The position numbers were made by a program, and so were the translations under genes. Below the pieces are notes generated by a model. That model saw only the letters and a program-made list of their open reading frames with translations. It made no database searches and was not told where the DNA came from. Shown here piece by piece: positions 50,601-62,133 of a stretch of 64,000 nucleotides of DNA. Position 1 is the first letter of the stretch. The number at the start of each line of letters is the position of its first letter. The DNA is from Bugula neritina (taxonomy: Eukaryota > Animalia > Bryozoa): the NCBI GenBank assembly GCA_964035545.1, contig OZ037769.1, forward strand, positions 9,322,129 to 9,386,128, given 5' to 3'.

Positions 50601-53600
50601 CATTAGTTTTGGTTTATTTTATAAAGAACCAACATTAGTGGAATAGCTATTAATTAACTCTCATGTGTTGATAGCATTAAAATTATTTGGTAAAAGTTAA
50701 TTAGAATTAACAACGCAAGACTGCAATCGAAGTAAATATTTTTCTAATAATTAATAGAACAGCTGTAGCTCTGTAAGACTACATGATTAGCTACAATGGT
50801 ACCATTTGTGTAACGTGTCAAATGTTGCATGATTTCTCTTTCTATGTTATCAATAGTCTAGGTCAAAGCATCTATGCAGTATGCATTACTTCTGTTGCCA
50901 TGTTGTAGCATTGTCAGACAGTTCTGTTCAACTCTGTCCTTTGGGCCTTGAGATTGCTGAGGAACATGTCTGTCTTCCTTTGTCGGCTCAGAGCAGTCCC
51001 TCTAGTGTCCGAAGATTTCAAGGCTATCGTACCAGGTCACCATCCGTTAGGAGTACCACTGGTTCAAAGGTCATGCATACTCATGTATACTTGTACATAC
51101 TCATATATACTTGTACTTACTTGTACTTACTTGCGTATACTAGTAGTAAATAGCTGAATGGTTCACCTCAAATGTCATAAACCACTCAATTTACTTACCG
51201 AATATTTTCAGCTTTTTCTTTTGTTATCAGAACCTCAAATGGTAATGTTTATTAATCAGAACTTCAGTCGAACTTTTGTATTTTTGAGCTTTTAGTTGGT
51301 CAAGTTACAAAAGCCATAGCTTTTATAATGCAGGAAACTCAGTAATGTTGTTCGATTGACCAAAAGAATCTCCAAAGCAGAGTTACATTTCAAGCCATTG
51401 TTTTTTGGAACAAAGCAGAAATTATAGTGTGGTTTTTGTTTGATGTTCATTTAGAAAGTATTTTTACAGTTATCCAATGCTTCCAGCGTTGACTCTCACG
51501 TTTCTGATGAAAAATCTGGAGAAGAAAAAGATAAGTTTTTATCATCATTGGCACACTCACATTTCAGCAATGTGAATCAGGAAGAGGCGGAACAGTGGCT
51601 CAAAGACCGGATTGGGGCTTCCTTCCCTCACAAGTAATTATATCATTATTATGTTTATTACAAACAAAGGGTTTGGGCAAAGCATTTCCAAGGATTTTTT
51701 CAGTGTTTACACTAAATTGAGTTTTGAAAATATTGCTCCAAAACATTCAAGTTTTAAAGTGTCATATGAACACGAGCCTGTGATATTTAATGACATGCTT
51801 TCTATCACAGTGTATTATCGCAGTTACAATATTTTTTGACTTTGTAAAATATTGTTCTGTATTAAATATCAAACAACTAAAATAAAATAAATCTATTGTT
51901 GTTTATGCTGATTCTCATTTTATTTTGTTGAAAATTTAAACTTATATAAACTACAATTTAGATGATGATTTCTGTTCATCTTTGAAAAAACATGCCTTTT
52001 TGTTTCCAACCAATGCTTGGTTTGTTTTGATTTTTAATGGTATTAAATAATTCAACGTATTGCAATGGACGCTTTGCTTAAACGTGTACGGGTCAGGATA
52101 AGCTGCACATTGAATTTGTTTAGCAATAGTAGAGTATCCTTACTCTTCACATGGGGTGAACTCTGCACTCTAGTTTCTGAAAACAATTCCCAAACAGGAA
52201 GTGTTGCCTATTTGTTAAATATCTTTTTTTATCTGTAATACTGTAAATGAAGTGAAGGAAAATCAGAACAAAGATTTTTTGACTGTTGAAGTTAGGTTAT
52301 CTAACAAAAATGAATGAACTTTTGCAAAATGACAAAATCTATCAATAATAAGAAAATTGTGAAGGTATAGCCACTTCATTGCGTCACATAATTATTAAAA
52401 GAACAAGAGTTTCTTCAGTTATGAACATATAAATGTTTTCTAATAGTTGTATGCTCTATTCATGTGAAATAAAAGTCATTTTTGGAAATATTTTTTTATT
52501 CAAATATTTGACACTGAATTTGCGTATTTTGTTACAGGGAGAGTGGGAATTCATTACTGTCCAGTAGTGAGCCAACGGACATGCCAGCAGGGAGTGTTGA
52601 TTCTGCAGCAGATAGTAAGGTGAAGGTCAAGGAGAAGTTACCTCAGTACATGGGCAGTATGTGGAATAGTATCACAAAGTCATCTAGTGCAGTCACATCT
52701 GCTGTACACACTCACCTTGTCTCAAAGATACCTTTACTTGGTAATCTATAATGATAATAGTCATGGTTAACATTTTATATTAAAACAAGGCTTTTTTCAA
52801 CTCAATACCTATAAAATCTAAAATAAATAATTTCTTCATATTTGAAAGATAGTATTATAGAACTTGAAAAACATCATACATTGTGCATGTAACTGTGCTG
52901 AATCACTTGTATCAAATAGTAGTCTAGTAGATCGCCACTTTCATCTTCTCAGTTCTCAAGTCATTGTAAGCAGCTATTTATTTATCAGCTGATGCAATTA
53001 ATAGCTAGACATATGGCAGAAATATTAGTAAGAGAAATAGCCTTTACAGCAGAAGTTATGATTTCTTTTTCTATTTGGTATTTTGTAGCCCCAAATAACT
53101 TAGTGGTAAATATTCAAACTTGATCGGGAGGGGCAGCAGTGGTAGTGGTGGGATGTTTTTCACGTAGGTAAATTTTTTTAGTAATTTAGGTGTGCAGGCC
53201 TGATGAAAAAAGCACACCCAGATTACTAAAAAATTAGGATAAATTATAGGAAATCAAGCAACACCGAAAAACAACCTTGCTTATTCCGTTGTATTTGTTA
53301 ATATTTTATCAGTTTAATGCAAGAAACTATGTACATTAGCGGGTAAACTGTGAAAAATGGCTGAACGCTAAAGATATATATTGTGTACTAAATTAAGTAA
53401 AATGACCCATGAAAAAGACGAATAGGCTGGGAGCTTTTGAACCAAAAAAGTAATTCCTTTCAATTCAGTACAAAGTGAAATACATAGCTATTGGCCATCA
53501 AAGATATTATATTTTGGTCAAGGAGTGATGGAAATTATTTTTTATTAAATGCTTTACTTGGTATGTTACTGTGACATTGTAGACAAGCTGAAACCCCAAG

Positions 53601-56600
53601 TATCTGCAAATGGTGTAGTTGATGACATGGGACTAACACCGATAGTTCTACCCCCTCAGACTGGTGATGCATCATCAGGAAACAAGTGCAATACCTTGGA
53701 GACACGAGAAGACAACTACCAGATGTCTTTATTGAAAGCTGCAACCAGCCAATGTATCAAGAAGGGGGGATTACCACTTGCATCTTCTCTGTCTGAAAGT
53801 CAACATGCAACTTCTTCTCTAACAGCACCCCAGCAAGGTGTGTCCCTCTACTTCTTTATATTCATACACTTAATTGTAGCAAACAAGTTTATCAATTAAA
53901 CTACATAAGTGTGTTGCTGTGCATACTTGATAGCAACTTTCACTATCCTGATATTAGCAGTAACTCTTTTTTCTGCAGATGCAAAGCTACTATATGTTCT
54001 ACAAAAATACTGTTTCAGAATTTAACAGCTCGGCATGCATTGGCACAGAAGTGTGGAGTTGGGGCGGTGGAGAGCACGGCCAGCTGGGACATGGTGACAC
54101 TCTGGACAGACCTCACCCTTGTCTCGTCTCGTCTCTCTCTGATCTTCAAGTAAATATCCTTAGAGTACAACTCTATAGTATTCTACTCCTAGTATAACGT
54201 GTAATCCACATTTCCATACGAGTTGTGAAGTGTATCCCTTAGTCAATGTCATAGCAATTAGTAGGTTAGGTCATGAACCAGAAACAAGATCCTAATTCAA
54301 ATAATACCTTGAGTTGACTTTAGTTAAAATTATAATCAACTTATGAGTTTGTGAAGCAAACCAATAGTTATGCTGGTTCAATTATTTACATCAAACAATT
54401 TGAATTTATATTGAAATAAGTGAGAATACTGATATCTATAGACTATGTAGTATTTTTGGCACTCAGAACATAACTTGTATAATTAACGATTAAGGTTCAG
54501 CCATGTTGAGCTGATATCTGCTTGGAATAATAGCAAAAACTTAATTTCATGAGGCTAAACTGATTAAGGAATACAGCTGAAAGTTTTTGCTGTAGTAATC
54601 TGATTTTTAAGTTTCAGTTTTATGTTTTTATTCTAATCAATTAAAAATTATTAAGAATAGCTAGTGAAATTTCAAAATGAAATAATTTATAACAGGGCAG
54701 TAAAGCAATACAATACAATTTGTCACTTGGGCTTTGCTTGCGATAGCAGTGTATTATGTGTGACAGCGTGTGATATTCTGCTCTGTTGCCGAACATTTAC
54801 AATTACAAAAACATAGCTATTCGAAAAATATTTCAGTATGTAACGTCAGAGATAAAGGAAACCTTAAAGCTGTATAAGCATAGCTCAGCTGTTGGTGTTT
54901 GTTACTTACTCAGTGATCAGTGTTATTGGGTGGAGGCATCGATATTTCCTTATGCCCCCCCCACACTCCCTGTTGTTGATAACGTCTATAATTCATCTTC
55001 TCATGTCAGATTTTTAGCTAACTTTCCTTTCTCTTCAATATCACAGAAAACTGCATACTTTTGTTAATGTTGGTTGGAATGTGAGACTCAATAAACTCAA
55101 GTGGCACGTCTGTTTCAGGTCTATCGAGTGCACTGCTCTCTACACTCTGCACTTGCTCTCACTACAGACGGTAAAGTGTACGGGTGGGGTGATAATACTC
55201 ACAAACAACTACTCTTCAAAGCTGGACCAGTGCTACTGCAGGCAACTGTTTTACCTGTAAGATAATTATTGTTTAGTTGTCACCTGTTGTCATGTAATTG
55301 TGACAGTTTCATTACAACGCATTGATATCTCTGTCCTACATGTACTCTTCTGTGCTAAAGCTATTCTTTACATCCTCACCAAAAGCAGATACTTGCGAAT
55401 ACATCACGGCATTGACAGCCAGAGTTGTCTGCATTTTATGGAAGGTTATCTTTTTATGTAGAGGATATTAAATAACTCATATCATATCCCATCATAGTAT
55501 GTTGATATACACTGCTTTCAGATTAGTGTGAAGCTGCCAGTGACAAATTTGACCATCGGCCATGAGCACACACTTCTAAGAGTTATCTATCCTGTTGGAA
55601 CAGTATTCAAGGGTGGTGTCTTTTGGATGGGCTCTAACTGTCTCAAGTAGGCCTCATTTACTAAAACAATTTAAATACCTCAATAGTTGAAATTCAGTTG
55701 GTTAAAGAGGCTCAAAAATTGTTAGTGAACAATTTCAAGGTCAAATTACAATTGACACTGGGTGTCAATTGTAATTTTATCAAAATCTTAGAACCAGTAA
55801 AATTTTACAATCATATAAATAATTTTGATCGTTGTTAGTAACAACGATCAAAACTATTTATATAATTGTGACTTGTTACTAAACTTAATTTATTTTAATG
55901 TTTCTTCCTTCAGTGAACTTGGTACGAGGTTGCAGTTCACAAACAATTTAGGACATCCACTCTGCATGGGTGCAGGTCCGAATGGTATTTCTTCTTTAAG
56001 TACCTTAAATGATGAAAATGAAGTCTACACAGAACTTAGTCAACTCATAGCCTCAGAGATACAGTTTTACAGGTACTACTTTCTGTAACTTCATAGAATA
56101 TCTAATATTATACATCAGAAAATGTCATAATAAATTTTATGATTGCACGTTGCATCTAGTTGCGCCATGGTTACACGAAGCAGCTGCTCTATAATTGCTT
56201 AAAGCCAGAAATTCTCTTCATTGCAGGATCATAAGTTTAGCAATTCAAATCCATGAAGATGGTTGACCTTAATCTAGATTTCGACTTGTTTACTTATAAA
56301 CTTTCAAAATCTGTTCCATTTTCTATCAAAGCACTACTTACAAGTTGAGATTTATTTTACTGATTTTATGTTGTACTAATTTTGATTTGTATCATATTTA
56401 TAAGGTCTGAACTATGTGGAAAACCTTAAAATAATTACAGATTTAGTTTCAAAGTACAATTGATGATTAGCATTACACTTGCAGTTAGTGTTAGCAACTT
56501 CCAGTCAAAGCAGCAATGCCAGATAGTCTTTCTATCTAGGATTACTAATAGCCAAAAGTTGTAATTTATTAATTAATAGTTTTAGTCTAACATAGTGTAG

Positions 56601-59600
56601 ACCTTCACAGCTAGTTTAGTAAATTGACTTTCATTACTGCTAATATATTTTACAACTTCTGCACTCTTGGGAACAGAACACAAACGCAACTACCCAACAG
56701 AAAGATTATTATCATGTCTAATATTTACATATATCAGTGGGCCGTATGCTTATGGATTTTGATCTGTTTTTGCAGAGTGCTTCTGGACATACAGTCAGAA
56801 CTTGTGGAGCCAATCATACAGTCTGATAGTATGACTGATATGTTAGACTCACCAATTGGAGAAGCTTTGCAGCATATGTTTGAGAATCTCTTCATCCTTG
56901 TAGACAGTGTAAGTAGATTGTTACGGTGCCATAGAAAAGCTAGTATTTTACTAGCATTATATTGGTAACAGTATCACACTAACAGTGCAGTAGTAATGTT
57001 ATAGCACTAATAGTACATTAGTAATAGTATTTCACTAGCAGTACATTGGTAACAGTATCACACTAACAGTGCAGTAGTAATGTTATAGCACTAGCACTAT
57101 ATTGGTAATAGTATCACACTAGCAGTATACTGGTAATAGTATCACACTAGCAGTATACTGGTAATAGTATCACACTAGCAGTATATTAGTAATAGTATAA
57201 CACTAACACTATATTAGTAATAGTATCACACTAGCAGTATATTGGTAATAGTATCACACTAGCAGTATATTAGTAATAGTTTCACACTAGCACTATATTG
57301 GTAATAGTATCACACTAGCAGTATACTGGTAATAGTATCACACTAGCAGTATATTAGTAATAGTATAACACTAACACTATATTAGTAATAGTATCACACT
57401 AGCACTATATTAGTAATAGTATCACACTAGCAGTATATTGGTAATAGTATCACACTAGCACTATATTAGTAATAGTATCACACTAGCACTATATTAGTAA
57501 TAGTATCACACTAGCAGTATATTGGTAATAGTATCACACTAGCAGTATATTAGTAATAGTATCACACTAGCACTATATTAGTAATAGTATCACACTAGCA
57601 GTATATTGGTAATAGTATCACACTAGCACTATATTAGTAATAGTATCACACTAGCACTATATTAGTAATAGTATCACACTAGCAGTATATTGGTAATAGT
57701 ATCACACTAGCAGTATATTAGTAATAGTATCACACTAGCAGTATATTGGTAATAGTATAGCTGGGTCTAGTTTCACAGTATTAGTGTCGGATTCATTGTA
57801 GATCGGAGTTAATTGCCAGGAGTTGTCTGGAGTTAGTGATGCTAACGAGTTAAGGAATGTGTCGTTAGTTGGCAACTGCAGATCATACATGACATCATTC
57901 TCTGTCTACGCCACTCATTTCCACAACCTTCTTGCAATGAACGGACTTTCAAAACTCGTAGAGAAAGTAAGGTGAGTGTTACTGCTTCAGTTCCTTATTG
58001 CTTTATATTGTATATATACTAGTATTACATATATACTCTCTACTGTATATATACTAGTATTACATATATACTCTGTACCGTATATATACTAGTATTACAT
58101 TACTCTGTACCGTATATATACTAGTATTACATTACTCTGTACTGTTTATATACTAGTATTACATTACTCTGTACTGTTTATATACTAGTATTACATATAT
58201 ACTCTGTACTGTATATATACTAGTATTACATTACTCTGTACTGTATATATACTAGTATTACATATATACTCTATACTGTATATATACTAATATTACATTA
58301 CTCTGTACTGTATATATACTAGTATTACATATATACTCTGTGCTGTATATATACTAGTATTACATATATACTCTGTACCGTATATAGGCCGATATTGCTG
58401 AGGAATGGCTCAACTCTCACGTCACTGTTGGAAAGGTGCCAGCTGGAGTTCACTGAGGACCTGGTGGTCACAATCAGTGTGCTGTTGCAGCTTCCTCTGA
58501 GAAGGGTCAGCGAATACCATGATGCCGTGGAGAGAATACAGCTACAACTGGAGGTGGCCATTCTTCCACATATATTTACTAGAATGTTTTGTTTATCACA
58601 CCAACTGGCCATTTATCTATAATCTCTGTTTTAGCTGACTTTTCTTTTTTGTGTTTGAAATGTTGTTTAGACTGCTGTTTCTATGGCTACAGGGTGGCAC
58701 ACCTAGCTTCCCATTCATGGCTCAATAGCTTCAGAACTCTGCTACTGGTTTTAAAAACAAGTAAGAACTCATGGTCGGGTAAAGCAATCAAAACCAGTTA
58801 TTATTTGTAGCTTCTGAAGTATCTCCATGTCAAAAGACACTTCTTTAGATACATAATTTGTGAAACTGGTATTAGTTTGTGTAGTCTTAGTAACTTAGTT
58901 CGAGTTTCTCTGCGTATGGGTTGCCATCTCTAGGATGTGCTTCATATAACAAAACTCACGAAAGTTTATAGTCACTATCCCTGTGAGAAACCTCTGATGG
59001 AAAGGGTTTTTAAAAGCAGGCTAAGGACTTATTCAAATGAAGCACAGGAGCAAATTATTACTGGATACTCTTCCTAACATCACCAATGGCCTTTACTGGG
59101 ATTTTGATCCCATGACTTTGGATTTACTAAGCAAACGCTTTAACCCCTAGGACCTAGACTATGGCTGTTCTGTGATGTACTACTTCATATACTTATGTCA
59201 AAAGTTAAATAATCTATTAATTGATTGGTTTGACTTACTTTTTGAGTTTCGTTATATACTCTCCTGTAACTATGAGTTGTGGCATTGTTTCAGAGACAAC
59301 CTTTGTATATGAATAATATTTCTCATTAATCTGTTGGAAAATGTGTTGATTTTATTATAATACAACATTGCCACAATCCACAATGTCACTAGGTAGTATA
59401 GCTGTTGTCAGAGTTTTTGTAATAGTTATAAATATTGACTTGCAGGATGGTTCAATGTTGGTGTCGTCTCTAAATTGTCTGGAGAAAGAAAAGCTGCACC
59501 TGTCCGCTCAATTTAATCTGGCTGAATCTACTAGAATATTCTGGGAAAACTGGCCGACAGCTGTTACTGTAAGATAGTACAACTTAGATGATTGGTTTAG

Positions 59601-61991
59601 AGCTGTTACTGTAATATAATACAACTCAGTTGATTGGTTTAAAGCTGTTACTATGACAGTACCACTTAGAAGATTGGTTTAGAGCTATTACTATAACATG
59701 TTCTCTCACTTATGAATACGTTAGATAAGTTGGCTTCATTTGATGAGCAAGTTGATAATATGGAGTTACATGTGTTACTTCTAGAGTAATTGTTAGCTGT
59801 ACTATATTGTTTAAATGACAAACCACTCATCTAGTGAATTGTATGTCAATGTTGTATACTGAAACTGAGTTCTTCCACACAACCCTGGTCTACTGAAATA
59901 TTGTTATGTTGAATGCAGGAAAGTCTAAAGGAGTCTCACAGAAGGCTGGTTAGAGAAAGCCAAACTCTGCCTCTCAGCTTACTTGGAGGCTCAAAGTTGT
60001 ATAAAAACAGCTTCGCACTTTTCAATGATGTTTTTGTGCACATGCAGGTACAACTATTATATCCTATTTGTAGGAACATCTACCCACAGTAATGTACATG
60101 TCTACTCACAGTAATATAAATGTCTACCCATAGTAATATACATGTCTACCCACAGTAATATACATGTCTACCCACAATAATATACATGTCTACTCACAGT
60201 AATATACATGTCTACCCACAATAATATACATGTCTACTCACAGTAATATACATGTCTACTCACAGTAATATACATGTCTACCCACAGTAATATGCATGTC
60301 TACCTATAACACTCTTCTATTGTAAGGGCCAAGTGCATAAGATATATCCACTGGAGAAGTTGTGGATTGAAAGTGGAACTAGTAAAGGCAATCTACATGA
60401 GCTTGAAATTCACTTGATAATGCCCGAGGCTTCCCTCACTCTGCTTGCGTCTAATACTGCAGAGAAAGTAAGACTGCTACATTCTAATACAACTGCTAGC
60501 AGCCTTAATAGTTGAGTATCACGCAGTGTATTATTGGATGTGTCCTATCAACTCCATATTTACAAGAAATTCAGTTAAATGGCAAGAGTTTCAATATTCT
60601 CACAAATGGCAACATATTCAGTATTATTTTAGTAAGCATGTGTTAAGAATATGTCTGTGGGGGGGGGGGGGGGGAAGGTAGGCCTGGTTAACTGATGTGT
60701 TGTTACAGTAACACTCCTTCAGCATTAGTGTGACCTTGAACTTACGTTATGACCTTCCATTACCTTGTCTCACTAATTTTCTCTTACTAACCATGCAATG
60801 ACTTCAACCCAATGTCTTATCATTTTGAAGGCTGAATGGATGTGGGTTTTGAGCCAGACGGTGACAAATTGGCTATCTAGCTACAAGTTGGAGCCCTCTG
60901 GCCACCACCCAGTAAATCACCGAGGGAGTATGTTGAGAACTACGCCAGCTCACAGAGTTGCTACTCACATGTTCTATAAGTCAGGTCCTTTGCAAGGAGC
61001 TGTTTACAAAGGCATGTGGCTGAAGGGAAAGATGCATGGAGATGGGCAGATTATGTGGGCTGATGGAAAAGTCTACACTGGTCAATTTTCTGATGGAGTT
61101 ATAAAAGGGTGGGTTTTAAACCAAATGCTATTTCTTTATTAAACTCGTGTGTTTTAATCAGTGTAATTTTATTAGTGATAATGACTCATTTTCTTGCTAA
61201 TCTCCCATCAGGTAACTTGCTTACAAGTGAGAAGATGGAAGTTTTTATGGCAAAATATATTTTTTCGAAGCTGTTCGTAGGTATTTCACTGCTGAAAATT
61301 TGTAGCAGCATTTGTCTCCTTTTATGATATTTTGTAATTTCAACTTAAGAAGCTTATGATAGTTTCTACTCCATATTGAATATTGGTAATTGTTAATTAT
61401 AAGAAAATAATAATATAGCTATAGAGTGAGGACAGTAATGAAAAGGACTTTAAACAAAGTAGTAATATATAGTCACCTACATTTCCAGTAATCATTCTTA
61501 AATTATTTGTTTATTAAATTAGTATTAGATATAGTGTCACAAATTTTCTTTCCTCCTCTATTATCAGCCTTAGTACCTATATCTCATATTTTCTGAGACT
61601 TTCCCTGTAATTGTTGGCATTTCATATCCATATTTGGCATTATGTGTGTTTTCTTCATATAACCACGCCAAGTGACTTCTGGGAGAGGATTAGAATGCTG
61701 CTCACGCAGTAATCATTGTTTTTGTGAGACTAATAGAATATGGTGAGAAAACAAAATCTATTCAATAGAATAACATTGCTGAATAAGAAATGTCAAACAG
61801 CTAGGTTGATAGGTTATGACTGATAGTAATACTGTATCAAAGAGTTTCCAATGTTGGCAGGTATGGAAAAATGGTGTCTAAAATTGATGGGAAAGCAGAG
61901 AGTATTGAAGGACATTGGATAAATGGTAAATTACATGGCTTTGCGAAGGCTAGATATGCTAATGGTGATTTCTACACAGGATTCTATAAAG
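47642..61991 (+). CDS. ALS2: Alsin (RCC1-like repeats, DH/PH region, MORN repeats); continues beyond the window
   Basis: ATG 47642; RCC1 motifs GQNSHGQLGIG, VYCWGDSSEGQC, TEVWSWGGGEHGQLGHGD; PH-region LFNDVFVHMQ, EKAEWMWVL; MORN YKGMWLKGKMHGDG, YTGQFSDG, IEGHWINGKLHGFAKARYANGDFYTG; last visible exon 61861-61991. Confidence 0.92.
48106..48277. mobile_element. Palindromic MITE with TTAA flanks (Kolobok-like)
   Basis: About 72-bp inverted arms 48118-48271 around an 8-nt spacer; TTAA at 48106-48109 and 48274-48277 with AG...CT termini. Confidence 0.7.
48319..48567 (+). mobile_element. tRNA-derived SINE, copy B, with a perfect 17-bp TSD
   Basis: TTATCAGTAACACCTGT at 48319-48335 and 48551-48567; box A TGGTCTAGGGG, box B GGTTCAAACCC; element 48336-48550. 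Confidence 0.92.
49058..49369. repeat. 22-bp minisatellite x13 (ATGTGTTTAGTATATGTTGTAG) ending at an ALS2 acceptor
   Basis: 13 identical units 49065-49350 plus a diverged final unit containing the CAG acceptor. Confidence 0.97.
56950..57758. repeat. 28-bp minisatellite (GGTAATAGTATCACACTAGCAGTATATT), about 29 copies
   Basis: Fills the ALS2 intron ~56909-57801. Confidence 0.95.
58010..58387. repeat. 31/35-bp minisatellite (GTATATATACTAGTATTACA[TA]TATACTCTGTACT), about 11 copies
   Basis: Runs right up to the acceptor TAG at 58385-58387. Confidence 0.95.
58949..59172 (-). mobile_element. tRNA-derived SINE, copy C (more diverged)
   Basis: Alignable to copies A and B across the full length (CCTAACATCACCAATGG, GCTAAGGACTT, CCCATGAC, AACCCCTAG); only a degenerate TSD (GATGT..CTTCATATA). 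Confidence 0.85.
59559..59697. repeat. 42-bp tandem repeat (about 3.3 copies) spanning an ALS2 exon/intron donor junction
   Basis: AGCTGTTACT|GTAAGATAGTACAACTTAGATGATTGGTTTAG and two diverged copies. Confidence 0.85.
60076..60305. repeat. 22-bp minisatellite (CATGTCTACCCACAGTAATATA), about 10 copies
   Basis: Fills the ALS2 intron 60048-60326. Confidence 0.95.
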
Positions 61992-62133
61992 GTAAGACTA
62001 TTTTACTAATTTGTTTAGTGGCATAGAATGAGCTAAATACCTCAACAGTAGCACCTTCTGCTGCCTTATGGGATGACATATATTTTATACTAAATGAGTA
62101 GCAGTTGGTAGATAGCATGAATGTTGAGTGATA

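Noticed and set aside
53196-53270. Hammerhead ribozyme at CTGATGA (also at ~33919 and ~44391)
   Set aside because: No stem II followed by GAAA and no stem III/UH arrangement.
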